Below are positions 1-12,379 of a DNA stretch of 64,000 bases, piece after piece. Position 1 is the first letter of the stretch. Each line of letters begins with the position of its first letter. The notes under the pieces were generated by a model that worked only from the letters and a program-made list of their open reading frames with translations, did no database searches and was not told the origin of the DNA. A program made the position numbers and the translations under genes. This DNA comes from Heterodontus francisci. Lineage: Eukaryota. The stretch lies in contig NC_090404.1 of NCBI RefSeq assembly GCF_036365525.1, forward strand, positions 9,238,001-9,302,000. The letters are read 5' to 3'.

Positions 1-329
1 CAATGTTGACCCTTTAACAGGCTCAGTCTATGAGACTGGGGCACGAGGAAAAATAGTTCATGTTGCCCAGGCATCTGTGCTGTAGAATCCCATTAAAAGA
101 GCTGCTCATTGCCCATTAGAACTTCGCACATCCGATATAACGAGATTATAATTGTTCTGGAGGTAAATGAGACAGACAGCGCCTTTTACTTGAATGAAAT
201 AGGGAATGATTGAGGATAATGGTGGAATGTGCGCACCAAATAGACTTAGTAATTCCACGGTGAGCTGCTTAATCAAAAAATGCAGCATGTTGGAAGGTGG
301 TGGTGAGCTGCCTTTTTGAACCACTGCAG

Positions 330-2158
330 ACCTGCACTACAGGATTAAGGAAAATCCCAAGGCTTTTTATACGTATATAAAGAGCAATAGGGTAACCAGG
401 GAAAGGGTTGGCCCACTCAAGGACAGAGAAGGAAATCTATGTGTGGAGCCAGAGGAAATGGGTGAGGTACTAAATGAGTACTTTGCATCAGTATTCACCA
501 AGGAGAAGAACTTGGTGGATGATGAGCCTAGGGAAGGGAGTGTAGATAGTCTCAGTCATCTCATTATCAAAAGGTAGATAAGTCCCCAGGGCCTGATGGG
601 ATCTACCCGAGAATACTGAGGGCAGCAAGGGAAGAAATTTCTGGGGCCTTGACAGAAATCTTTGCATCCTCATTGGCTACAGGTGAGGTCCCAGAGGACT
701 GGAGAATAGCCAATGTTGTTCCTTTGTTTAAGAAGGGTAGCAAGGATAATCCAGGAAATTATAGGCCGGTGAGCCTTACGTCAGTGGTAGGGAAATTATT
801 AGAGAGGATTCTTTGGGACAGGATTTACTCCCATTTGGAAACAAATGGACTTATTAGCGAGAGGCAGCATGGTTTTGTGAAGGGGAGGTCGTGTCTCACT
901 AATTTGATTGAGTTTTTTGAGGAAGTGACAAAGATGATTGATGAAGGAAGGGCAGTGGATGTTATCTATATGGACTTCAGTAAAGCCTTTGACAAGGTCC
1001 CTCATGGCAGACTGATACAAATGGTGAAGTCACATGGGATCAGAGGTGAGCTGGCAAGATGGATACAGAACTGGCTCGGTCATAGAAGACAGAGGGTAGC
1101 AGTGGAAAGGTGCCTTTGTGAATGGAGGGTTGTGACTAGTGGTGTTCTGCAGGGATCATTGCTGGGACCTTTGCTGTTTGTAGTATATATAAATGATTTG
1201 GAGGAAAATGTAACTGGTCTGATTAGTAAGTTTGCGGACAACACAAAGGTTGGTGGAGTTGCGGATAGTGATGAGGATTGTCAGAGGATACAGCAGGATA
1301 TAGATCGGTTGGAGACTTGGGCGGAGAAATGGCAGATGGTGTTTAATCCGGCAAATGTGAGGTAATGCATTTTGGAAGGTCTAATGCAGGTGGGAGGTAT
1401 ACAGTAAATGGCAGAACCCTTAGGAGTATTGATAGGCAGAGAGATCTGGGCGTACAGGTCCACAGGTCACTGAAAGTGGCAACGCAGGTGGATAAGGTAG
1501 TCAAGAAGGCATACGGCATGCTTGCCTTCATCGGTCGGGGCATAGAGTATAAAAACAGGCAAGTCATGCTGCAGCTGTACAGAACTTTAGTTAGGCCACA
1601 CTTAGAATATTGCGTGCAATTCTGGTCGCCACACTACCAGAAGGCCGTGGAGGGTTTGGAGAGGGTACAGGAGAGGTTTACCAGGATGTTGCCTGGTTTG
1701 GAGGGCATTAGCTATGAGGAGAGGTTGGATAAATTCGGATTATTTTCACTGGAACGACGGAGGTGGAGGGGTGACATGATAGAGGTTTACAAAGCTATAA
1801 GCGGCATGGACAGAGTGGATAGTCAGAAGCTTTTTCCCAGGGTGGAAGAGTCAGTTACTCGGGGACATAGGTTTAAGGTGAGAGGGGCAAAGGTTAGAGG
1901 GGATGTGCGAGGCAAGTTCTTTACACAGAGGGTGGTGAGTGCCTGGAACCTGTTGCCGGGGGAGGTGGTGGAAGCAGGTACCATAGAGACGTTTAAGCGG
2001 CATCTTGACAAATACATGAATAGGATGGGAATAGAGGGATACGGACCCCGGAAGTGCAGAAGGTATTAGTTTAGGCAGGCATCAAGATCGGCGCAGGCTT
2101 GGAGGGCCGAATGGCCTGTTCCTGTGCTGTACTGTTCTTTGTTCTTTGTTTGTTCTTT
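330..2158 (+). mobile_element. 5'-truncated CR1/HER1-type LINE, ORF2 RT and C-terminus (frameshifted), with 3' tail
   Basis: ORFs 649-1365 and 1365-2069 carry CR1 RT motifs (NYRPVSLTS, DFSKAFDKVPH, SKFADNTK, RPHLEYCVQFWSP). The 3' tail GGAGGGCCGAATGGCCTGTTCCTGTGCTG ends in TGTTCTT repeats. Confidence 0.93.
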
Positions 2159-2309
2159 GCCTTTAATACTTCAAAATGACATTGAAAAAGGCAACTTCCA
2201 TTTAATATTAATGGTCCTATTACCGAAACTGTTTCTTTAATCCGGTTCTTCAGTAAAGTCAGAGTGCTGTTCTGAGGCTGCAACTCGACTCCATGTTGAC
2301 ACCAACTCA

Positions 2310-2323
2310 GTGCCCTCTGCTGG
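2310..2323 (-). promoter_or_regulatory. CTCF-like motif CCAGCAGAGGGCAC
   Basis: Close match to the CTCF core consensus CCASYAGRKGGCRS. Confidence 0.55.
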
Positions 2324-3115
2324 CGATTACATGTGACTGCATGTCTAATACCGATCGCCAATTCCTGCGATTGATCATAAGGTCACAGGATCATGCCGGA
2401 CAGGAGAAGGAATTCTGCCACTCTTAGGATCTCGCTGGATAGATAATCTAACACCAAGCCCCCAGCATCCCCTTTGGAGCATCCATTATTTTATGAAATT
2501 AGTCCCAGGTTTGACCTTCCTCTGTTCCGTCTGGAAGCTGATTCCACACATTGATCGCTCCGTGTCTGAGGAATTTCCTGATGCCAGTCATAAAATGATC
2601 TTTCATAGTTTGAGCCAGTGCCCGTAGCTTCTCCGTCCGCTGTTTAATTTGAAGTTATATCCATAGTTAGCTATTTTCTCTTCTTCATGATTTGATCTAC
2701 CTCTTGGTTAGCTTGCAGTCGGGCACTCGGTGAGATGAATGAAATGCTAATATCCAACTATCTCATTATTCTGCTCCAAACTAACAAGAATAAACCGGTT
2801 ACTGAGCTGTGAAAGACACTGAGTTTTATACTCGAAGACTCCGCACTGGAATTCACAGGCGCTTGTCTGCAGGAGCTGGATACTTTCAAACAAAGGAGGA
2901 AGTGATCATTGAGGGAGGAAGTGAGGGCAGCGGGAATGTCTATTCATCTCTCTATCTCTCTAACTGTTTAATGAACTAACTATTTATTGACCCATTTGTT
3001 TATCTCCATAGTTTAGTTTGTGTTCCATTATCAGATGATAATCCAGATTCAGGGAGAGGAGGTGAGAGGCCTTTACCATTTTTGTACTGACTGACTGCGC
3101 CTCTGTAACAGTCTG

Positions 3116-3535
3116 GGCTCAGTGCACAGTGAGACATGGCAGAGTCAGAGACAAGAGGGCCGGTGACTTTTAAAGGAACCATGTTCTTGTCTTTGTCCAG
3201 ATCAGCAGAGAACTTGGGACATCTGGAGATTTATGGCCCTGTCCCATGCCGTATGTCCTCAGTAAATATCTCTGAGTTTCCCCGGGAACCAGAAGAGAGT
3301 TAAGGCAGGGTACGCTGTCGTGTAACTACAGTTCAGTATTACCGTCTGTCCTTCCTGAACCGATAATTCAGGCGATTCCCGGGACACTGAATCATCACCA
3401 CTCGTTCCTGTGACAAAACACAGAAATCAAAATCATAAGAGTGAATATAACTCATGGAAGACACACTGACCATTTAAACATAGGCTGCCCTGACAGCAAG
3501 GATATTATTATCAGTAAGAAACATCGGAAGCACAT
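3116..3535 (-). pseudogene. TCR alpha/delta V pseudogene
   Basis: Leader MCFRCFLLIIISLLS (ATG 3535, no clean GT donor). V exon from 3407 reads GTSGDDSVSRESPELSVQEGQTVILNCSYTTAYPALTLFWF, then frameshifts and stops. The 3' end reads DSAMSHCALS. RSS: heptamer CAGACTG (3109-3115, CAC lost), 23-bp spacer, ACAAAAATG (3077-3085). Confidence 0.85.
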
Positions 3536-3690
3536 GGTGTCTGGTTTAGAGTTCGACTGAAAAGAGCAGAATGTTTTCATTGCTAACTCTTCTAATCCGA
3601 TATTGAAGAATGACCTTTGACCGGGGCAAACTTCACTTATTGAGAAACGGAGGGGCGTTTCTGAGGGTGGAATGGCTGGTCGCTCAGATA

Positions 3691-3698
3691 TGACGTCA
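3691..3698. promoter_or_regulatory. CRE palindrome TGACGTCA upstream of a V leader
   Basis: Perfect CRE about 155 bp 5' of the leader ATG at 3535. CRE-like elements are established in TCR V promoters. Confidence 0.45.
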
Positions 3699-3708
3699 GC
3701 TGTGAACC

Positions 3709-4030
3709 ACACAGCTCCAGGGACCCGGGTTCGATTCTGGGTACTGCCTGTGTGGAGTTTGCAAGTTCTCCCTGTGTCTGCGTGGGTTTTCTCCGGGTGC
3801 TCCGGTTTCCTCCCACAAGCCAAAAGACTTGCAGGTTGGTAGGTAAATTGGCCATTATAAATTGTCACTAGTATAGGTAGGTGGTAGGGAAATATAGGGA
3901 CAGGTGGGGATGTTTGGTAGGAATATGGGATTAGTGTAGGATTAGTATAAATGGGTGGTTGATGGTCGGCACAGACTCGGTGGGCCGAAGGGCCTGTTTC
4001 AGTGCTGTATCTCTAATGTCTAAAAAAAAG
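3709..4030 (+). mobile_element. HE1-like (V-SINE) tRNA-derived SINE, 5'-truncated
   Basis: B-box GGTTCGATTC, core TGCGTGGGTTTTCTCCGGGTGCTCCGGTTTCCTCCCAC, and a tail shared with the CR1/HER1 LINE (GGGCCGAAGGGCCTGTTTC). Other copies at 27376 and 49859. Confidence 0.85.
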
Positions 4031-4130
4031 TGAATAATGACCCGGAGATGGGAAATTTAATGATGATTGGCGAATATTGTAGGGAGTTCCCAATATCACC
4101 GACCTATAATCAGGGCAAATAACCAGAGTC

Positions 4131-4880
4131 AGAACATAGAACATAGAACAGTACAGCACAGTACAGGCCCTTCGGCCCACGATGTTGTGCCGAAACTTTA
4201 ACCTACTCTGAGATCAAACTAACTACCTACCCTTCATTCTACTATCATCCATGTACCTATCCAAGAGTCGCTTAAATGCCCCTAATGTATCTGCTTCTAC
4301 TACCACCGCTGGCAGCGCATTCCACGCACCCACCACTCTCTGTGTAAAGAACCTACCTCTGACATCTCCCCGAAACTTTCCTCCAATCACCTTAAAATTA
4401 TGCCCCCTGGTGATAGCCCTTTCCACCCTGGGAAAAAGTCTCTGGCTATCCAATCTATCTATGCCTCTCATCATCTTGTACCCCTCTATCAAGTCACCTC
4501 TCATCCTTCTTCGCTCCAATGAGAAAAGCCCTAGCTCCCTCAATCTTTCTTCGTAAGACATACCCTCCAGTCCAGGCAGCATCCTGGTAAATCTCCTCTG
4601 CACCCTCTCTAAAGCTTCCACATCCTTCCTATAATGAGGCGACCAGAACTGAACACAATATTCCAAGTGTGGTCGAACCAGGGCCTTATAGAGCTGCAGC
4701 AGAACCTCGCGGCTCTTAAACTCAATCCCCCTGTTAATGAAAGCCAACAAACCATACGCCTTCTTAACAACCCTATCAACTTGGGTGGCAACTTTGAGCG
4801 ATCTATGGACATGGACCCCAAGATCCCTCTGTTCCTCCACACTGCCAAGAATCCTGTCTTTAAGTCTGTATTCTGCATTC
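4131..4880 (-). mobile_element. CR1-type LINE 3' fragment
   Basis: ORF 4223-4894 is the CR1 ORF2 C-terminus (RDLGVHV, RPHLEYCVQFWSP). AGAACAT tail repeats. Confidence 0.92.
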
Positions 4881-5073
4881 AGGCTGAGTTTCATCTCTAT
4901 GGTTGCAGTCTGAACTCCAGAAACAGAGATTGTGACCTTGCAGAACCGGGAAAGGAAGACGTAGCTGCGAGTTGTTATCAGACCGACTGGAATTTCTTCA
5001 CGCGTCCATTTCTATCTCTCTGAACAGTCAGTTCTGTCGATGAGGATCAGGATCTTCGGAAACTGGTTAAAGA

Positions 5074-5087
5074 GCGCCCTCCTGTGG
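5074..5087 (-). promoter_or_regulatory. CTCF-like motif CCACAGGAGGGCGC
   Basis: Near-consensus CTCF core. Confidence 0.45.
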
Positions 5088-5124
5088 ACAGCACACGCAT
5101 GTCATAGTGCAGTGGAAACAGAAA

Positions 5125-5590
5125 AAAAACACGTGCAGACAGACATACACACAGAAACACATATACAGACACAAGCATCGAAAGCCCCCCAAACACATTT
5201 TGTTGATATATTGTGCAGAATATTTATGTTTATCCCACTGAGTTGTTTAAGACCAAAGATCTTTAATAAATTATCATGCAGCGACCTTCCTACAAACCCT
5301 ACATACAGCGCTGAAAAGGCAAATACAAATAAACACACATATGGAACACAGACACAAACACAGACAAATAATCACACATGGGCACAAATGCAGATAGATA
5401 AACACACTCACAGGCACAATTACACACACAGCCACACACATTGACAGTCACAAACATAGACAGATAAAAACACACAGACACACACATTCACATGTGCAGA
5501 CAGACAAGCACACAGACACAGTTAAACATAGATAGACAAACAAACTCACACTCACAAACACGGACAGTTAAAACACACAGAGACAAAGGC
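5125..5590. repeat. Degenerate CA/CAGA-rich low-complexity tract
   Basis: Repeated cacac/cagac/aaac units. Confidence 0.75.
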
Positions 5591-6302
5591 TTGAACGTGC
5601 GTGTGTAAACTGTCATAAAAGGGACATCCTGAGGTAGTGATTCTGTGACAATATTGTCTGAGATTCTCATATCTAACCAATGGAATAATTTTCATCAACA
5701 CAAAACCCCTAAAATCGACTCCCCCACCCCCCCCCTCCCCTTAATTCTAAACATGATTAAAATTGGAATGCCGTTAAAAATAAACATTACTCGAAGTTTT
5801 TTTCTCTTTCTTTCTCAGCCGTTCTGGGATTTGTCGATGACAAATATGTATGAGGCAATTAATGTTCAGACAGAAACCTCAACCATTACCGGGGTCTGAT
5901 TCTCAGATTCCGAAACAAGGCAGAACAGCACACAGAGGCTGAGTGTCTGGGCCATGGGCACTGATGATGAACACAGACAGAGCCAATGATCACTGGCAGC
6001 TCTTTGAAACCAGGCTCTTGGTTTGATTCCAGAAATGATGACAGCATCCCTGTGATGACGGAAACGCATCAAAATCTCCCCTTCAGTCCGAAAACTGCAA
6101 CTGAGAGGAGGCACCCAGTGAAGTGCAGGGTCCCAGTGGGAAGAAACTGCAGCCGTTATGGAGTTTGGATTTTTCGTTGTTTGGAGCTTAACGACTTTGT
6201 TATTTGGTTGGTTTACTTAATTTACTTCCGTGTCTGCCTGTTCATTCCTCTATTGATACAATTATAATCTATTCATCGATCTCTGCATCTATCCAGCTGT
6301 CT

Positions 6303-6588
6303 NNNNNNNNNNNNNNNNNNNNNNNNNNNNNNNNNNNNNNNNNNNNNNNNNNNNNNNNNNNNNNNNNNNNNNNNNNNNNNNNNNNNNNNNNNNNNNNNNN
6401 NNNNNNNNNNNNNNNNNNNNNNNNNNNNNNNNNNNNNNNNNNNNNNNNNNNNNNNNNNNNNNNNNNNNNNNNNNNNNNNNNNNNNNNNNNNNNNNNNNNN
6501 NNNNNNNNNNNNNNNNNNNNNNNNNNNNNNNNNNNNNNNNNNNNNNNNNNNNNNNNNNNNNNNNNNNNNNNNNNNNNNNNNNNNNNNN
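6303..6588. other. Assembly gap (286 N)
   Basis: Run of N. It probably hides the leader exon of the V at 6616. Confidence 0.99.
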
Positions 6589-6615
6589 ATGGGTAACCAG
6601 GAAGATTTTCCACAG

Positions 6616-6910
6616 GATTGACTTCTGGAGATTCCGTCGGGCAGTGGCCAACAGAAGCCCAATATCTGGAAGGAACCTCGATGAGCATTAATTGCAACTA
6701 TTCAAGCTCCGATATGAGCGTTTCCCTGCAGCTTTATCGTCAGAACCAGAACAAAGCTCCCACTTTCACAATTCAGAGACATTCCTATGGAAAGGACGAA
6801 GTTAATGGCCGTTTCTCTGTCATTCTGAACAAGCCGAAAACTATCGCTGTGTTCACACTGACTAAGCTGCAGCTCGCTGACAGCGCCGTGTATTACTGTG
6901 CACTGAAGCC
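6616..6910 (+). CDS. TCR alpha/delta V exon (open frame; leader probably in the gap)
   Basis: Acceptor TTTTCCACAG. Reads GDSVGQWPTEAQYLEGTSMSINCNYS...LQLYRQ...GRFSVILNK...LADSAVYYCALK. RSS: CACAGTG (6911-6917), 23-bp spacer, ACATTAACC (6941-6949). Confidence 0.9.
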
Positions 6911-6991
6911 CACAGTGAGAAAGTCTTCGGCGTCCCTCGTACATTAACCGTGTTCTGTGAGACCATTTCAAAGAAATTGCTTTAAACCACG

Positions 6992-7005
6992 CCACTAGGC
7001 GGCGC
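6992..7005 (+). promoter_or_regulatory. CTCF-like motif CCACTAGGCGGCGC just 3' of a V RSS
   Basis: About 42 bp downstream of the RSS nonamer. Confidence 0.5.
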
Positions 7006-7859
7006 TGCCACTCACAGATTCACATTGTTGGTCATGTTGCAGGAACCAATACCGGCGGAGGTTTTCCCAACATACATTTAGGTGAAATTCATATTTATCT
7101 CAAATTTGTGTTCGTTAATGTTTTGCATTCCCTTACAATTTAATCATTTCACAAGTTAGATAAGTGTAAATGAGCTTTGCTCCTCCAGAACCTGTTACCA
7201 TTTTGTTCTATTGCCCACCGATACGTTCAGACCCGAGTTTTAACCCACTTCACTGATGCAGATTTCGGTAATTTTTAAATGATATAATGTTTCCCGTCGC
7301 AAGCCAGCTTGTACCGAATTTGCAATGAATACGAAAGTAAGACAGCTCTTAGAGACAGACCGAATTATATATTTTCAGATTGGGACATTATTATTGAATT
7401 CAGCTCCTTGAAAGTGAATCCTACGCGTGACAACACTGCCCGCGACAGCCCCGCCCACACAACTTCCGTTTGTTGCTGTCGCTCTGAGCCGCCTTGCCGC
7501 GCCCGTGTTATTGGAGAGATTGCTGCGGTTGTTCCCTGTTTGGTACTGGCTGGACTGGAAGTGCGGGGGGTGGGGGGGTGGGGGGGGGGGGGTGGTGGGG
7601 GAGGTGGCAGGACATGCAATCGCTCTGGCAGAGGATTTCCAAGCTGCAGAGTTACAGAGTCGGGAAGCATCATGTGGCGCAGGCTCGCACCGCTATCATC
7701 ATTATATCACATCACAGTAATGCTTCCTTCTCAGCAAAACTCCATTCTTCCAGGGATTACTGTAACCAGGTGTTATTACTGGTGAAATGATGATAATTGT
7801 GTTTATTGAGATGATGGTGATGATAATACTGCTAATTATGACTATTACTATGATTTCAT

Positions 7860-8128
7860 GTGAGAATGGAGCTACCAAGACACAATGGAATAACGTTTGA
7901 AGAGGAAAATAGCGTCACACAACAGTGCACCTTGACAAGAAACGATTCTGATGCAGTCAGCACTCTGGGCAGCCGCCACAATTCATGCTTCATGTTAATG
8001 GAGGGCATGTATATGAGAACACCGACATCATTGATTGGTTTTCTTCTATGTTTAATAAAAATGCCAAGATTCCTGAGCATTACTGCTCTGATCTCCGACA
8101 TTGCCATGTATTTCTGTGCCATGAGCCC
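7860..8128 (+). pseudogene. Degenerate TCR V pseudogene
   Basis: Residual EEENSVTQQC and SDIAMYFCAMS, with FR2 lost or frameshifted. RSS: CACACTG (8129-8135), 24-bp spacer, ACAAAAACC (8160-8168). Confidence 0.75.
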
Positions 8129-8193
8129 CACACTGCTGCAGGGATAAATCGGATTCCAGACAAAAACCCCAGAATGAGAGTTTTGGTTAGTGC

Positions 8194-8207
8194 TCACCAG
8201 AGGGCGC
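8194..8207 (+). promoter_or_regulatory. CTCF-like motif TCACCAGAGGGCGC just 3' of a V RSS
   Basis: 25 bp downstream of the nonamer. Confidence 0.5.
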
Positions 8208-8299
8208 TCTCACACCGATAAACAACCTCCACAATGAGAGTCACAGGGACCTCCCCAAAATTTTAACACAGGACAAGTATCAACAACAACACTTGCGGA

Positions 8300-9388
8300 A
8301 TTCTTCTTCTTTGGGCTCCTTGTCTCGAGAGACAATGGGTAAGCGCCTAGAGGTGGTCAGTGGTTTGTGAAGCAGTGCCTGGAGTGGCTATAAAGGCCAA
8401 TTCTAGAGTGACAGACTCTTCCACAGGTGCTGCAGATAAAATTGGTTGTCGGGGCTGTTACACAGTTGGCTCTCCCCTTGCACCTCTGCCTTTGTTCCTG
8501 CCAACTGCTAAGTCTCTTCGACTCGCCACACTTTAGCCCCGCCTTAAAGGCTGCCCGCCAGCTCTGGCGATTACTGGCAACTGACTCTTACGACTTGTGA
8601 TCAATGTCACAGGACTTCATGTCGCGTTTGCAGACGTCTTTAAAGCGGAGACATGGATGGTCGGTGGGTCTGATACCAGTGACGACCTCGCTGTACAATG
8701 TGTCCTTGGGGATCCTACCATCTTCCATGCGGCTCACATGGCCAAGCCAACTCAAGTGCCGCTGGCTCAGAACGGTGTATATGCTGGGGATGTTGGCTGC
8801 CTCGAGGACTTCTGCATTGGAGATACAGTCCTGCCACCTGATGCCAAGGATTCTCTGGAGGCAGTGAAGATGGAATGAATTGAGACGTCGCTCTTGGCTG
8901 ACATACGTTGTCCAGACCTCGCTGCCGTAGAGCAAGGTATTAAGGTCACAGGCTTGAAACACTCAGACTTTTGTGTTCTATGTCAGTGCGCCATTTTCCC
9001 ACACTCTCTTGGCCAGTCTGGACATAGCAACGGACGCCTTTCCCATGCGCTTGTTGATTTCTGCATCGAGAGACAGGTTACTGGTGATAGTTGAGCCTAG
9101 GTAGGTGAACTCTTGGACCACTTCCAGAGCATGGTCGCCAATATTGATGGATAGAGCATTTCTGACGTCCTGTCCCATGATGTTCGTTTTCTTGAGGCTG
9201 ATGGTTAGGTCAAATTCGTTGCAGACAGCCACAATCCTGTCGATGAGTCTCTGCAGACACTCTTCAGTGTGAGATGTTAATGCAGCATCGTCAGCAAAGA
9301 GGAGTTCCCTGATGAGGACCTTCTGTATTTTGGTCTTCGCTCTTAGACGGGCAAGGTTGAACAACCTGCCATCTGATCTTGTGTGGAA
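8300..9388 (-). mobile_element. RTE-clade LINE 3' fragment
   Basis: ORFs with IRELLFADDAAL, FTYLGS, LLYGSEVWT and WLGHVSRMEDGRIPK. GAA-repeat 3' tail. Confidence 0.9.
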
Positions 9389-9505
9389 TTATATTAAGTT
9401 GATAAGCGGCAAGTTTTAAATATCATCAGTTACATTAAAGCAACACCCATTAATAATTTGATAATTTAATAATTTCCCAGCTGGAGGGTTATTTACCAAA
9501 TACTA

Positions 9506-9519
9506 CCGCCAGAGGGAGC
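9506..9519 (+). promoter_or_regulatory. CTCF-like motif CCGCCAGAGGGAGC
   Basis: Near-consensus. The context resembles that of the 59847 motif. Confidence 0.45.
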
Positions 9520-10794
9520 TCCATCGCCGTTTTTGCCCTATTAACTCCAACAGATCCATCGAAGATCTCAAGGTAACTGGAAATGAAAAAGGCCATTCGT
9601 CCCATCTTAATTCATCCTTCCAGGAATTCCCATCATCCCAAATTATTTCTCCATCGTTCTAAGTTGGACCCATGGTGTTGGACTCTGGCATATCGCCCAC
9701 AGTTCATCCCAAAGATCGACCACTCTCTTTGTGAACATCGCCTGATATCAGCCCTAAAGATCCATTGACGTCTCTGAACCTGTGTTCACTTGTCTTAAAC
9801 GGGCTGCTTAGCTTAATGTAGTGTTCTGGATTAACCGGTTCCATATCATTTTGTTGTGGCACAACTCAATCACCACACGAGGTACAGGTTCAATCGATTT
9901 AGTCAAGCGTACGGATGGAGAGACACCACCTCAGGTACTCCGAGGTAATACTCTAACTTTACATTCAGGAGCACAGACATATATACTGCTCTTATCAGAA
10001 AGTGTGCTCAATCAACGGATGATTGATGTGATTGACCATAAACTTTAATTATAGCAATGGTGATTGATTATGCATTCTAATGAGCACACATCCTCAACCG
10101 TATCAATACACATACCAGATGGCTCCAACCCGAGCTTATTATCTTTTTGTTTTCTCGTTATGTTAACATTCCAAGGAAGCAGTTGACTTCATGGCCTCGA
10201 GGCCCCTGGCTCCAGCCTTCCCTCCCTTATCCAGACCTTCGTCCTCGCAGCTTGTTATACTTCCCTCAACCTGACTATTAAATTCTGCTGAGATGCTTTT
10301 CTAAAACTCAACTTATCTCGACCTAACCCCTTCAATTTGATATCTTAGTGATTTCATCAACATTACCTCTCAGACGCCTCCTTATAAAGCCAAAATGCCT
10401 CGTTTTTAAAATAATGTTTCCTCTTAAATTCTGACCCATTAAGGTGAAGGAATCAACCACGTCTTTCGCTCCTGTTCTGCCTCGCATGAGGTGAATATCA
10501 TCTTTCATTCTTGCCGACCTATCACGGCCATCTACTCAGCTCTACATTTCTATCTACTTTTCCAGTTCTCCAGCAGCAGTCTACATGTTGAACCCATGTC
10601 CATTCCTGCTGGATTGTCCCCTCAGACAACAATCTCCACTTCCAGCCAATCCACGTGCAGCTGACCCACGTGACTGAGACTTTAAACTGGGTGGCACTGA
10701 CTTTAATACGCCGACATTTCAATGTGTTCACTCGGTTCGTGCTCTTCTGACGCGAGCTGTGCCCCGTTTTCTTATTGGCATTTTAATTGTCAGG

Positions 10795-11224
10795 ATGCAT
10801 CACTCGGTACAAGCGAATCTATTAGCTGCCGTTCTGGTGCTGCTAACATGTAGGTACAGGAGCTGTAGTCAGTAACACGCAGGTTTCTTTTATTCACTTT
10901 TCTCCAGAGTTTCATGATCTGAATGTATTTACAGGTCGATGTATGTCTGACCGAGTGTTCCAGTCTCCCGCGACAAGAACGGTCCAGAGCGGGGATTCGG
11001 TGAAGATAAACTGCAGCTATGACATGTCCAGTATTTACGCCATGCATTGGTACAAACAGAAATCCGGTCACGGACTGGAGTGGGTAATATGGCGGAGAAC
11101 GACTGGAAAAGAGAGAAGAGGGAGAGTTAAACTGGATCTTTCCACAGCGGACAAACGCGGCCAATTGGTTATTGAAAACACGGAGAGCGCGGATACGGCG
11201 GTGTATTACTGTGCGATAGAGCCG
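10795..11224 (+). CDS. TCR alpha/delta V gene, apparently functional (leader 10795-10849, V exon 10935-11224)
   Basis: Leader MHHSVQANLLAAVLVLLT with GTAGGT donor, phase-1 join. Reads DRVFQSP...INCSY...HWYKQKSGHGLEW...DTAVYYCAIEP. Perfect RSS: CACAGTG (11225-11231), 23-bp spacer, ACAAAAACC (11255-11263). Confidence 0.93.
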
Positions 11225-12379
11225 CACAGTGAGAGGAAACGCGGCAGTCACTGCACAAAAACCTCCCTCATGTTTGCAGTTCCGAAACAGCTGCAGCAAT
11301 ATCTCTATAATTCCCATTGGATAGCGGGTTTGATCAGAGATACTGACGGTCCCTGCATAAAGTATCGGACTGAGGAGTCAGTCATTCAGTGAGTGCAGTC
11401 TATGGTGTAAGGATACACCATAGTAAGTTTACTGAATAGTTCAGAATAGTTAACTTCACTGAGTGTTTATTTTATTTGATGCTGCTGTGTGTCGACTCAT
11501 CGAGAGCATTAACACCATTGTCGTGTAACATACATGTTTACATTGCAGTTTGCACACTGTGTGGCAATAATGAGCACATTCTATAAGAATGAGTTTACAA
11601 TTACTCTAAATTATCTTTCAATAGCGATTTCCACACAGAGACCAAATGAAATCTTCCCCTGTGTTCATCAAACCCGCACCCCCCCCCCCCCCCCACCCCC
11701 CCCCCCCCCGTCAACCACCTCAGTCTGGTTCACGACAAGAGTGAAATGAATAGAGCATCTTCATATACACGCAGACTAATATTTTATAACGTTGAAATAA
11801 TATCTTATCGCCATCACCCGACTGTGTTGTTAATTTCTCGAAGGCCCCTTCCTCACAGATCCGCTGAAACCGTTAGAACAATGTCTGCCTGAACTATTAT
11901 TCGAGATGATGTCACTGCCAGTCAGAAACAGGGCCATCTATCGGTTAAAGGGATAATTTCATTTTAAATTGGTTCTGGAAAAATAAAGCTGCACTTTTAT
12001 AGTGATACTGTGGGACTTTTGTTTCATTCAATGAGTGATACACGCTTCAGGCATGTATACTTTTCAGGTAAACAAGTATAATCATTTGTGGGAGTTAAGT
12101 GTCTCAATTGAAATACGACACCGGCACTTGGGTTGAAGATGGGTAGAAATTGAATGCACTGCGAAATAGTTGGGAACGCATTGATCACACCGCTTGAATT
12201 ACATGGAATTCAATATCTGGTGGGGTGTCGCTCCTTTGCTATCACTGCGCCCAGCCCCGCGCCCCCTCCCCGCCCACCCCACGTTCTGTGCAACTGCTTG
12301 TTAGGAATAGTAAGTAAGATTGAATTGCAGCATGTAGCTGTGATGAACGGGTGAACAAGGTCAAATCCAGATAGAGGAG

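Noticed and set aside
5890-5955. Orphan leader-like exon MAQTLSLCVLFCLVS on the minus strand
   Set aside because: The donor gives phase 0 rather than phase 1, and no V exon was found downstream.
11534-11600. Possible D segment (CACTGTG...CACATTC) downstream of the GLEW-type V
   Set aside because: No acceptable nonamer at 12 or 23 bp on either side.
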